Shown: one piece after another, positions 48,467-59,854 of the stretch
Layout of the letters: each line of letters opens with the position of its first letter
Numbering within the stretch: the stretch's first letter is position 1
Source of the DNA: Mobula hypostoma
Taxonomy: Eukaryota
Length of the DNA: 64,000 nucleotides
Assembly: GCF_963921235.1 (NCBI RefSeq)
Contig: NC_086118.1
Span: forward strand, 26,352,001-26,416,000
Reading direction: 5' to 3'
Notes under the pieces: model-generated
The model's input: only the letters and a program-made list of their open reading frames with translations
Told to the model about the DNA's origin: nothing
Databases searched by the model: none
Made by a program: the position numbers and the translations under genes

Positions 48467-50744
48467 GCGCCTCTTCCTATAGATGCTGCCTGGCCTACTG
48501 CGTTCACCAGCAACTTTGATGTGTGTTGCTTGAATTTCCAGCATCTGCAGAATTCCTGTTGGTCGATATATTTAATTGGTAAGGGTGTTAAAGGTTATGG
48601 GGAGAAGACAGGAAAATGGGATTGAGAGAGAAAGTAAATCAGCCATGATTGAGTAGCAAAGCAGACTTAATGGACCAAATGGCCTAATTCTGCTCCTGTG
48701 AATGATGGTCTTATATCGCTCAACATGCACAAATATAGTCTTCTTTTCCAGATCTGAGGCATCACTAACTCTCACTAACTTTAAGGAAAGACGCCCGTAT
48801 TCCTTTCTAATAGCCTGCGCAGCACGTTTTCACTATAGGTCCTGTATAAGATTTGCCAGATCTTGTTGGAAATATCCTTGAAAATGTTATCATTTGACTT
48901 CCTGGCACTAATCATCAATCACTTTCCCCCTCAAACACTGCCATAATCAATATTCAAAAGTATTCAAATCAAACAGAAACAAATCTCACTTTTAAGAGAA
49001 TTACACTGGATATTCACTCAAATTGCCATTTATCCATGAAATTAAGTGTAACCCCTGAACGTTGGCAAGTGATGAACCAAGGATAATGATAGTTTGCAGT
49101 ATGGGCCCAGCACCATCAACTTACAGTCGTGGAAGTGAGGGACTTCAATAATGTCAGATGGTAAAAGCCATAAAACAACTTAGCAAAGCTACAGAAAGGA
49201 ACAAAGGACTGAAATAAAATTTTAAACACACATGACTAAAAAGCAAGAATACTTGAAAAGTAGCAGGGTTATTGATGTGAAAACAGGGTCAATTTAAAGG
49301 AGTATCCGATGGTTAAAAAGTGTCTATGCCTGATGTGGAATGGTCTTCAGAAAAGTTTATAGATTTTTGAACAACTTTCAGTGTGCTCAGTGATTGTAGC
49401 CAATTAATTGTTAGAAGCATCTCCTTACTGTTGGGGAAGAAGAAAAAGAATTGTAAGTAATTTAAAGAGGTTTTAAAAACTGGGAAAAATCCAAAGAGGT
49501 AGCGACAATCTTGTACAAATCTCTAATAAGTTGCCAGAGAAATAGAACCTGCATTATTGGTAAACAAATAACAGCAATCAAAGATGTGTTCAAATTATGG
49601 AGGAGCTTATGATGATAATTATAATTAATATGCAGGGCCAATGTTCAATGTAGTTATTTTATTATTTGTAAGATGCCTCAGTTACAGAAATATTGATCAC
49701 ATTTCATCTTAGCCTGGGTATATGATCAAAAATATATGACCCAGACAAAAGTCCTGACCTGTCACTGCACAGTAAATTCCACAATCAAGTGTAGAAATTG
49801 AAAACTCTGCAATAGTGTCAATCACATTACTGATATGAAGCTGTCTGATCCAAATCAAATCAAATGAACTTTAATTTAGGGTTCATGATATTCGTAAACA
49901 ATAAGTTGAACCACTGATAGCTGTATCATTGAACAAAAATCCCAAATTAGCCAATTTGAATTCATTGTTGCAGAACCAGAGCATGAACCAATCGATCATA
50001 TCCAACAGTTCCAAATCATAAATCTGCATTTCATGTCAACGAGAGTAATCAACAGCTGTGTGGCAGATATTTAATTGCATTCTCTCACATGGAGTCCCAT
50101 ACACGAAAGATTGATGGATATAAGTGGCTTCAAGGAACAATTTAATTTGTTCCTTGTTAATTTAATTGTGAATCCCTCAGAAATAATGCTTGGGTACCTG
50201 AAGAATAGCAATAGATTTACTTTCTTGATCAACAACAACCAAAGGAACCAGCTATTGCAAATCAATAGCTTCAAACCTACATCAAAAACTCCAAATGTTG
50301 GTATAGAATTAGATTTGCATTGATGACGTGGGGTGAGGTTGGCCCGTAAGCAAACCTTCGTGTCAAAGATGTGGGTTAAGGTAACGTTCTACTTGCAAAG
50401 AGAAGGGTGGGTTATATTGCATCTGTCACCCATTACTCACCTTGTTAGTTCAACGCAAAAGTGAAAAATTTCTGGACTCCACCCACTTAGGGTTCAGCAG
50501 AAGCAGGTGGCCAGTCTGGTCTCAGGAGGCCAAGAGGCCAAGTGATTGTACATAAATGCAATCTGCTAACTGGAGATGGATCAGTCACTAAAATCTTGTG
50601 AGAATATGGTAAATCTCTACTTTTACTTTTATCTCAATGAGAAGGGAGTCTTGTACCTTGGGAATATTGACATGCATGAATGTGCACAGTGACTCTAATC
50701 TGCCAGATGCTGGAGGGACACCCAGTGGAACTTTAAAGATAAAG

Positions 50745-51168
50745 TGCAATCCCCACCCGCAATCTCTTTTCTTCTCACTGCTGCCATCAGGAAGGCAGTA
50801 CAGGAGCCTCAGAATTCACACCACCAGGTTCAGGAAGTTGTTACCCCTCAAACATCAGGAACCAAAGGGGATAACTTCACTTGCCCTATCATTGAAATGT
50901 TCCCACAGCCAATGTACTCACTTTCAAGGACTCTTCATCTCATGTTCTAGATACATACTGCATGTATTTATTATTACGACTTCTTTTTTTTCGTATTTGC
51001 ACAGTGTGTTGCCTTTTGTACTCTGATTGAATTCCCAACTTGGTGTGGTCTTTCACTGATTCTATTATGGTTATTATTCTATGCACTTAATGAGTATGCC
51101 TGCAAGAAAATGAATCTCTGGGTTCTACGTACTTTGATAATAAATTAAGTTTTAACTTTGAACTTTGA
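50745..51168 (+). mobile_element. Rex1/Babar-like LINE 3' remnant
   Basis: LFFSLLPSGRQYRSLRIHTTRFR C-terminal motif; tail (actttga)n. Confidence 0.7.
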
Positions 51169-51620
51169 TATTTTGACAACCTTGCTCCCCCTTGTGTCCA
51201 CCCCTGCCAAAGTGAAAATGAGGCTTTATCTGCAATCTAATGGTTTATTATTGGGTGTGGTATTACAAGTGATTCATATACACTCTACAATCCACACAAT
51301 CCACCCCCCAAAAACAAAATCATCACACCTGCACTTCCAGATATACTCTTCCCTATTGGTTTCCAAGCCCTGCACAGCACAATGGCTTTAATACATTCCA
51401 TTGTAAATGAATGAATTAATGCAGCATTAAAAATTTATTCCTGTAGCACACAGAAATAATTGCCCTTCAAGTAAGAAACAAAAGAGTTCAAATTGAGAAG
51501 TATGACTGCAGAATAAAAGAATGTTAGGTGGGGCTGGCAGCGGAGAAGCAGACAGCTCAGGCTAACTTCCTTCTCATCACTCTCCACCCATTTCACCACG
51601 ACAAACCGGTTTCTCCACAA

Positions 51621-53573
51621 AGACAAGAGATTCTGCAGATGCTGGAAATCCAGAGTAACATACACAGAATGCTGGAGGAAATCAGCACGTCAGGCAGCAT
51701 CTATGGACGAGAATAAGGAGTTGATGTTTTGGGCCAACAACCTTCATCAGGACTGGAAAGGAAGGGGGAAGAAGCAAGAATAAGATGGGGGATGAGGGAA
51801 AGGAGTACAAGCTGGAAGGTGATGGGTGAAGCCAGGGAATGGGGAAGATTGGTGGGTGGAAGAGGGGTATTGAGAAGCTTGAAGATGGAAGATAGAAAAG
51901 GTGAAGGTGAAGAAGAAGGAATCTGATAGGAGAGTAGAGTGGACCATGGAAAAAAGGGAAGGAGGAGGGGCATCAGAGGGGGGGGGTTATAGTCAGTTAA
52001 GAAGAGAAGGGGTAAGCGGGGAAGCAGAACGGGGAATGGAAAAGAGAAGGGGGAGGGGGAAGAAATTACCAGAAATTGGAGAAATCAATGTTCATGCCAT
52101 CGGGTTGGAGTCTACCCAAAAGGAATATGAGGGCTTGCTCCTCCAATCTGAGAGTGCCCTGAATGTAGCAGTAGAGAAGGCTATGGACTGGTATGTCGGA
52201 ATGGGAATGGGGAATGGAATTAAAACGGTTGGGTACTGGGAAATACTCCCTGGTGCGGACAGAGCAGAGGTACTCGACAAAGCAGTCCATCAGTGTAAGC
52301 TGGGCCTCCTCGACACAGAGGAGGCCACACCGGGAACACTAGACACAGTAGATGACCCTGACAAAGTGAAGCAAGTGAAGCATCTCCTCTTATTTTCCAG
52401 ACATCCACCTTCACGCTGCCGTAACAGGGATAGAGTTCATCTTGTCCTTACCTACCAGCCCATGAGCCTCCACATCCAACACATCATTTTCCACAAATTC
52501 CGCCATCTTCAATGTGATCTTACCACCAAACACACCTTTACATCCCCCCCCCCCACTGCCATCCCCGCCACCTTCTGCTTTCTGCAGGGATCGCTCTCTC
52601 TATGATTCCTGTATCAATCTGTCCTTCCGAACTGATCTCCCTCCTGGCACCTATCCCCACCGGCAGAACAAGTGCTACACCCGCCCCTACACCTCCTCCC
52701 TCACCACCATTCAGGGCCCCAAACAGTCCTTCCAGGTGAGGCAACACTTCACCTGCAAGTCTGTCACAGTCATCTACTATATCTGGTACAGCCTTATTTA
52801 CAGTGGTGAGACTCGACGTAGACTGGGGGACTGCTTCATCGAGCACCTTCGTTCCACCCGCCACAAAAGGTGGGCTGATGGATGGCCACCCGGCTTAATT
52901 CTAATTCTCATTCCTATTCTGACATGTTGGTCCATGGCCTCCTCTACTGCCATGAAGAGGCCACTCTCAGGTTGCAGGGGCAATACCTCATATTCCAACC
53001 AGACAGCATGAGCATTGATTTTTCCAACTTCAGGTAATTACTCCCTCTCTCCTCTTCTCTTGTTCCTTTCATCCCCCCTTCCTCCTCCTCCTCTCCTTTT
53101 CTCTCATCTCCCTCTAATGCCCCTCCTCCTTCACTGTTTCCCATGTTCCACTCTCCACTCCCATCAGATTCCTTCATGTTCAGCACTTTACCTTTTCCAC
53201 CTACCACTTCCCCGCTTCTCATCTCAATACCCCTCTTCCAACCAGCTGGCTTCATCAATCACCTTCCAGCTTGTGCTCCTTATTTTGGCCTCTCCTCTCT
53301 TCCCTTCAAGACCTGGTGAATGATCTTGGCCCAAAACACTGACTGTTTCTTCCTCTCCATAGATGCAGCCTGACCTGCTAAGTCATAGAAACATAGGAAA
53401 CCTACAGCACAATACAGGCCCTTTGGCCCACAAAGCTGTGCCGAACATGTCCTTACCTTAGAAGTTACCTAGGGTTACCCATAGCCCTCTATTTTTCTAA
53501 GGTTCATGTACCTATCCAGGAGTCTCTTAAAAGACCCTATCGTATCCTCTAACATTTTGTGTGTTGTTCTAGA
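51621..53573. mobile_element. Older, decayed head-to-head Neptune PLE insertion (minus arm ~51621-52380, plus arm ~52400-53573)
   Basis: Both arms translate to decayed GIY-YIG C-termini pointing outward. Perfect 11-bp TSD tttctccacaa at 51610-51620 and 53574-53584. A short LINE/SINE 3' fragment interrupts at ~53385-53547. Confidence 0.85.
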
Positions 53574-56140
53574 TTTCTCCACAATTTCCTTTCGGGTTTA
53601 AAAACTGAGAGGTTGTTAGAAGGACATCAATGTCCTGATACCTTTGTCCTCTGACTCTGCATCACAGGTGATCTTTTTTAAGAACCTTAATAATGAAGTA
53701 TGTGAATCTGTTCTGCCATATATTCATATGGCATTTACTGCAATAATAAAGATGCATAAGCAAAAGATTTTGATCCATAATAACCTGCTTTCAATAAAGT
53801 TGTGATTTATTTTCAGAATTCTTGACAAGCTTAATAGTAATAAATCAGCTGACCACATTCACCAGGAAACAATTCTGGGAAGAAAAAGCTATGAAGAATG
53901 TTATGTCACATGAATGGTCTTTTCTGTTATGATAATATGAAATTATGAATATAATGACATACTTTAAAGGTACGGTGCAGAACTAATCATCGTAAAATCA
54001 GTATTGTAAGGAATGACGCACATGTATTTGTGACTTGACCATTTTTCTGCAGTCATATTCCTTTAATAATAAAACATATTTCTGATTTGCATCGATTTCC
54101 ATCCTTCATGTTAGATTTCCGAAGATAGGCTTAGAGCACATAGCACGGCCAAAGCTTTTCGTTAATGCGCAAGAGAGATTTTCATCTGAGACCACTCAGG
54201 ACTTTTTGCAAATTCCACCTGGATCTTCCAAGTAAGCAACACATTCAGTGACATCACGTGCAAACCAGAATGGAGATCTGAGGACTGCATCAATCTTAGT
54301 TGTAGGCAGTCAAAACCTATCTGGCCAGTTACAAAGAGTCTATTAAAACCTCCATTCTTCACATGGGTTCCAGTTTCACTACTATCTTTGGTATCTATGC
54401 CTACTTAGCTGTCCTCCTCTACATTCCCTACTTCCCCACTCCAATATGCACTAAAGCACAATCACAAGTTCTATACCCAAGACCAGCTAGATGTCAACAC
54501 ATCGCATACCCATGCACCCACCAATACTATCAGCTATCACCTATGTATATGCACAAGTACATTAATACCACATTTCTGTTTCTCACGCATTAGCTAATGG
54601 CACTGACCACCCCCACCCCCATCCCTCTCTCACCCTCCCTTCCACACAACACCACACACACGCAAATCAAATTGAGGATTAATCCCAATCCACCATGAAA
54701 GAGCGAGTTGAACAAAGGGAACTCTTTGTCTAAATTGTGTTGTATCTATTCTCTCACACAATGCTTCATAGATTATGCCTAAAGCAATGACAAGCCTCCT
54801 CTGCAGCTCCACTTTAATGTATCTCTCCAACCAACTCCTTCATGTGTATGCAAATAAAAACAAGATGTGTATAAATTCCACATATTAAAGATTGTGTGAA
54901 CGGAAAATTACTGGGCAAGAATTTTGCCAAGGACAACACAAATGAAGTCACCCAGACCTAAGTGAAACGGGTTTAAATGTAAATAACATATATTATGCCA
55001 TAGAATCAGTCTCAGTGCCATTCTTTGCTCTCAGCAGTTTAGATAAGAAAAACTGGCACAATGGCTTGTTTAATTATCCAATAAATGGTGCAAGATTTAA
55101 GAGAGCACTTGTCCGATTATCAGGCAAAATTAATGATGAACTCTCTCCTGAAATACCTATAGTGGAACTTTCATTACAAGGAGAAATCTGTGGATAGATA
55201 ATTAAAAGCCCTCTTGTTAAACATGCAAAGTAAAATAATGAAAGAATTTTATGCCCTCACAACCTAAATATACTGTATAAATGAATGCATTGCACCATGC
55301 CTTTGAAATTGTTTCTCAGATTTTCGAGCTCAGTCTGAAAAATAAAGCAAATGGAGATGAGACACATTATACTAAAACTATTTTCTCCAGGACATAATAT
55401 GGAGCAATATATTACCCAGGCTAATTTTGTTTCTTACTTATTCTTTATCATAGCTTAGGAATAACTACAAAGACTATATTAAATCATGGTAATTTAAAAC
55501 CTGCATCTCATTATCCATTTACTGCATGTTGCTATCTAACTAGATGCAGTATGTACTTAGTCTGCACGCCTGTGCCTATTTAAAGTACTTAACTACACAA
55601 TTTCCATCAGCATCAGAGAAAATGCGAGTGCAAACCACTCAGAAGATGCAGTTTGTCACCAGGAGGACCAGTACTTAATGCCCGTCTCTGAATGACAGCC
55701 ACTGAGTGGCTCATTGGGCCAATTCAAGAAGCTGTTAAGAGTTCGCCAGGTTGCTGAGTGGTGCCATTGCCAGTGCCAGTCCCAGTGCAGTGTGCAGCTC
55801 AGACCACTTATGAGTGGTAGCCCTCCTTACTGAAGGACATTATTGGACCAGCAGGTTTCAGCCTCACTGATGCTGAATTTTATTTCAAATTTGTTTAATT
55901 AACTGGTTTTAAACACTCAGAAATCTATGGGATCTGAACGTGTCTGTAATAATACCCATTGAGGCCTTTAGATTGCCAGATGTATAAGATTCAAGATTGT
56001 TTAATGTCATTTTCTGCACACAATCGTAAAGAGAATGAAAAATTTGTTACTCCGGATCCAATGCAGCACCAAAAAAAAACACAAAATATAATGAACACAG
56101 TAATAATTTTTAAAAAAGCACAATAAATATTTGTAAATTA

Positions 56141-56450
56141 TGGGGTGGCGAGGTGGAGATACGTCTCTACCAAAAGGAGGTGTAAGGCACCCCTTACTCT
56201 CATTAGCCTGCAGGTAAACTCCTGGGCAAGGTGTAACACCTGCTTAGCCTCCTCCGCATCCAACCCATCAGGGTCACGTGAAACCATGGGAGCAGATGGT
56301 GGATGGTCGTGTGAGCAGCTGATGTATATCACAAGTCCCGGTTATGCAACCACTGATGCCGGGCAGACAATCTCTGAAGAGTATTGTAATAGCTGGGGTC
56401 ACTCATCTTGTAAATACACTGCCCAGAAAAAGGCAATGGAAACCATTTCA
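56141..56450 (+). mobile_element. Second copy of the same SINE-like repeat
   Basis: ggtggagatacgtctctaccaaaaggaggtgtaagg...aggcaatggaaacca. Confidence 0.75.
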
Positions 56451-56489
56451 GCAGTTGTTTGCAGTTTCCACTGCTGTGCTACTGATGTA

Positions 56490-56985
56490 AAGGGGGCGGG
56501 GGGTGTGAGTGGTGCGAGTTTTCCTGAAGTTGCTAACCATCTCCTTTGTCTTGTTGACATTAAGGAAACGGTTACTTGCCTGACACCAGGCCTCGAGCTC
56601 TTCCACCTCCTCTCTGTGAGCCATCTCATCATTGCTGGTGGTGAGCCCCTACACTCTTGTGTCATCACTGAACTTGACCATGTGATTGCCCGTGTGTTTG
56701 TCTGCGCAGTTACACGTAAGTAGAATGTACAGCAATGGGCTCCGCACATAGACCTGGGGTCATCCGTGTTCAGGAAAATGGGGAGGGAAGAGCAGCTGTG
56801 CATCCTGACTACCTGAGGCCTGTTAGTAACCCCAACACCCAAGTGCACAGCGGTCTATTTCGAGCAAGGAGTAGGAGTTTATTTACCAAGGTCTGTGGGA
56901 CAATAGTGCTGAATACTGAACTGAAATCTCGAAACAGCATTCTGGCATAAGTTTCCTTGTTTTCTAGTTGTGTCAGGGCCATGTA
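56490..56985 (-). mobile_element. Rex1/Babar-like LINE RT remnant
   Basis: Minus strand reads YARMLFRDFSSVFSTIVPQTLVNKL and LNVNKTKEMV-like motifs. Confidence 0.7.
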
Positions 56986-57274
56986 CGTGTCAATATTCTA
57001 AAATTTGTTGTTGCAATTTTATGCCTGTAAATGCATTTTTTATATAATTAATTGTGAGACAAAGAATAATACAAATCTGTTATGTTGTGTTGAGGGCCCA
57101 AAAACATCAGAAAGATACAAAAAAAGTGTACCCAGTGAAAATTCATAAACAAAAGGACATACTATTTTGTATTTGATGGAAGTTACTAAGATTTTAAAAA
57201 CCACTAAGTCAGCTCCATCATGGGCACAAGCCTCCCTACCATTACGTACATCTTGAGGAGCCACTACCTCAAGA

Positions 57275-57872
57275 AGTTGGATTGACAACCAAAGCCCAAT
57301 CTGCTGCTAATGGCCAGGTCCTGGGAGATGAGGGTCAATGTAGGAAGAAGGTTGCAGTTCCCGGACATTTTACTGTGGTCAACCGAAGACAGGAAAATAA
57401 TTCTGGTTGAGCTGACTGTGCCGTGGGAGGAGGGATGGGAAGAGGCCCACGAGAGAAAGGCCTTGAAGTACCAGCCCTTAGTGCAGGAGTGTAAAGACAA
57501 GGGATGGCAGGCATGGTTGTTCCCTGTGGAGATCGGCTGCAGAAGTTTCCCAGCCAAATCAGCATGGCGGTTGTTGTCAGATCTGGGCCTGGATGAAAGG
57601 AGCAAAAAACAACCAGCTCGTAGGATGGGGGAAGAGGCAGAACGAGCCTCTTGTTGGATTTGGAGTAGGCGAGAGGAGGGAAGCTGGAAGCCAGGAGCAG
57701 ATGGGCAGTGATTTGGCCACCACTGCCGGCCCACCAACTGGAGAGTGTCGTGGTTAAGGGTCGAAACACTCGGTGAAGGTTGGGAATTACCTGATGACAT
57801 CTGCTCCTGGCTGAAGGCTACGGTTACCTTATAAGGTAACCGGAGAATGCACCCTAACAGGTGTTTGTAACA
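57275..57872 (+). mobile_element. 3' end of a restriction-like-endonuclease non-LTR retrotransposon (HERO-like)
   Basis: PDILLWS..KIILVELTVPWEE...AHERKALKY..L...GW....PVEIGCR (PD-(D/E)xK-type RLE domain), stop at 57711, then 3' UTR. Sits within a Rex1/Babar-like remnant. Confidence 0.8.
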
Positions 57873-59806
57873 AGATCACTAACGACACTCACCATCGCAG
57901 AAAGGGTTCTGGAGCCTGATAACCCACACGCAATGATTCAGACTCCACCATCAGATTTCTGAATGGTCCATAAACCCATAAAACATAAACAGCTATCTCA
58001 TTAATCTTTTTGTTTTGCACTACTTACTTTTGTAATTTATGGTCAATTTACACCTTTCCAGAATACTGCTGCCCCAAAACAACAAATATAATGTCATCAA
58101 AGTAATTGATGCCAAATCTGATTCTGAAGACAGTGCTACATGACAAGCTTTTCTTACCCTGTATTTTAGTCCCTCTTGCATCCAGCTTACCCAATGGTGT
58201 AAGGTCCAAAGTGGATCTCCAGTGAGATTGCAACGACATCAATCTGAACAACATCAGATGCTGTTCTTTGCTAGAGGAATTAACTTGTACTGATGTTGAA
58301 GGTTTATGCTGAATGTCACTTAAAGGGCAAATCACTATCAACCTGCAGCCACAATCCGACTGCTGTACTCTCCTCCACACCCTCAGCACTTACTCAGTTC
58401 ATCGACCCTTCCCTGCATCCTTCAATACCAAGACTGCTAAAACCAAGACTGTCTTTCAGCGTCCATTTGCCAGGACATAGAACTCCTGTAACATGAACAT
58501 GGAGAATATATCTGCCAGGCATTACAGGGACCCAAGAGGATCAGGTCACACTCATTTTCAACTTCCTAGCCTTAGGAGGATTCCAGCTCACATCTAGTTT
58601 GCCAATCATTTTTGTAATAAGCGGGGGGAGGGGGGGGTCAATGACACTTCAGTCCACACTTCATCACCTCCTGCACTACAATAACATCTTGAGTTCACAC
58701 AGTAATCTGCAGCATTACAAGCTTCTCGAAAGTGTAGGTATTCACAGATTGCACCCTTGTCCTCCGTGATCCTTCCCTGCCAACTTCCTGCCATCAGCTG
58801 TTGGCTTCAGCACTGTAAGGTATTTGTCAAGGTGACTGTTCTGAAGAGAAGACATCCTCTCACTGTTAATGCTCCAGAGTTCTTTGTCAATAAACCTTGG
58901 AGTGCACACAGGAATCAGCTGCAGTAAGTAAATAGCAGTGTCCAGTAAACTGCTGTGTCAAGTGCTTGCACTTTGAAGAGCTGACTAATGAGCTTCTGAC
59001 TGTATGCCTAAGTGTTGGTAACTGTGAGAAAATAATCCAGTAATACCTACTGTTCCTAAACAGTGGTTTAACACCAACAATCCTGACAACGCTATTTTTC
59101 AGATTTCAGACACATTTTTGAAGAGTAATCAAGAGCCATGCATCGATGTTTTAACATCAAAAAATCAAAGAACTTCTCTGCTGAGAAATTTGAGTGACAT
59201 TTTCTCAAATTTAATTGTAAAATTATTTATTAATCCCACTTTCAGATGGGATTTATTTTTTTTTATTCAGATCCAAGTGGATTTTATCAAGTGTGCTTTG
59301 AAAATATCAGGTAAGTATACTGTTTGGATATTAAGTGCTGCAACTCAAAATACTGAGAGTTTAATGAATCCAACTGGATATGGAGACAAGAATCAGAATA
59401 AGGGCATTCTATGTTCAGCACAGATTCACACAATTATATTCATTGTCGTCATATCTCCCTCGCCTTTTTTCTCCTTACAGGCAACATGAGAATTAGGAAA
59501 CCATCAAGCCTCGTTTTCCTTCTCACATCAGAAGTTACGGAAGGATTTGTCAGGTCCTCTCCTTTTCACCTTTTGGTTCCTGAAGCAAATCAATCCAGCA
59601 GGTTTTATTTACTCTTAGTGCATTCAGATTTTTAAATATATCCCCTACTTTGCACACTTCCTAAATATTCCAACCATCTGGTGCGCCAGACGAAGAAAAA
59701 CCTCAATCTCCTCCTCTATAAAGTTTAAAATATTGAAATATATTTAAAGTTAGTACATTACAAACATTCTCAAAATCTGGGCATCACTGACAAGGTCAAA
59801 ATTTAA

Positions 59807-59854
59807 TGCTCTCAAGCTCCGTAAGTGCTCTCAAGCTCCGTAAGTGCTCTCAAG
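59807..59854. repeat. 19-bp tandem repeat, 2.5 copies
   Basis: tgctctcaagctccgtaag x2 + tgctctcaag. Confidence 0.9.

Larger units (their letters stand above)
42219..48560. mobile_element. Head-to-head palindromic Penelope-like (Neptune-type) retrotransposon insertion
   Basis: Arms 42218-45285 and 45452-48519 are reverse complements (coordinate sum 90737) and the ORF track is mirrored. TSD ggttgatatattt (42206-42218) / ggtcgatatattt (48561-48573). Confidence 0.95.
42035..48714 (+). mobile_element. CR1 3' remnant split by the palindromic PLE (pieces ~42035-42218 and ~48561-48714)
   Basis: The two pieces join into a sequence collinear with the CR1 3' end at 17060-17327. Confidence 0.85.

Noticed and set aside
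42218..48519. Palindrome as a fold-back sequencing or assembly artefact
   Set aside because: Disfavoured by the flanking TSD, the collinear CR1 target on both sides, asymmetric ends, at least three arm differences and a similar older insert nearby. Not fully excluded without reads.
50430..50530. Strong minus-strand donor (caag/gtgagt) as the missing upstream USP43 exon
   Set aside because: The phase-compatible translation (PEIFHFCVELTR) does not resemble the expected ...SLPIPLRQTR.
51901..52605. 234-aa plus-strand ORF
   Set aside because: Antisense of a PLE UTR/ORF fused to a decayed plus arm; low complexity.
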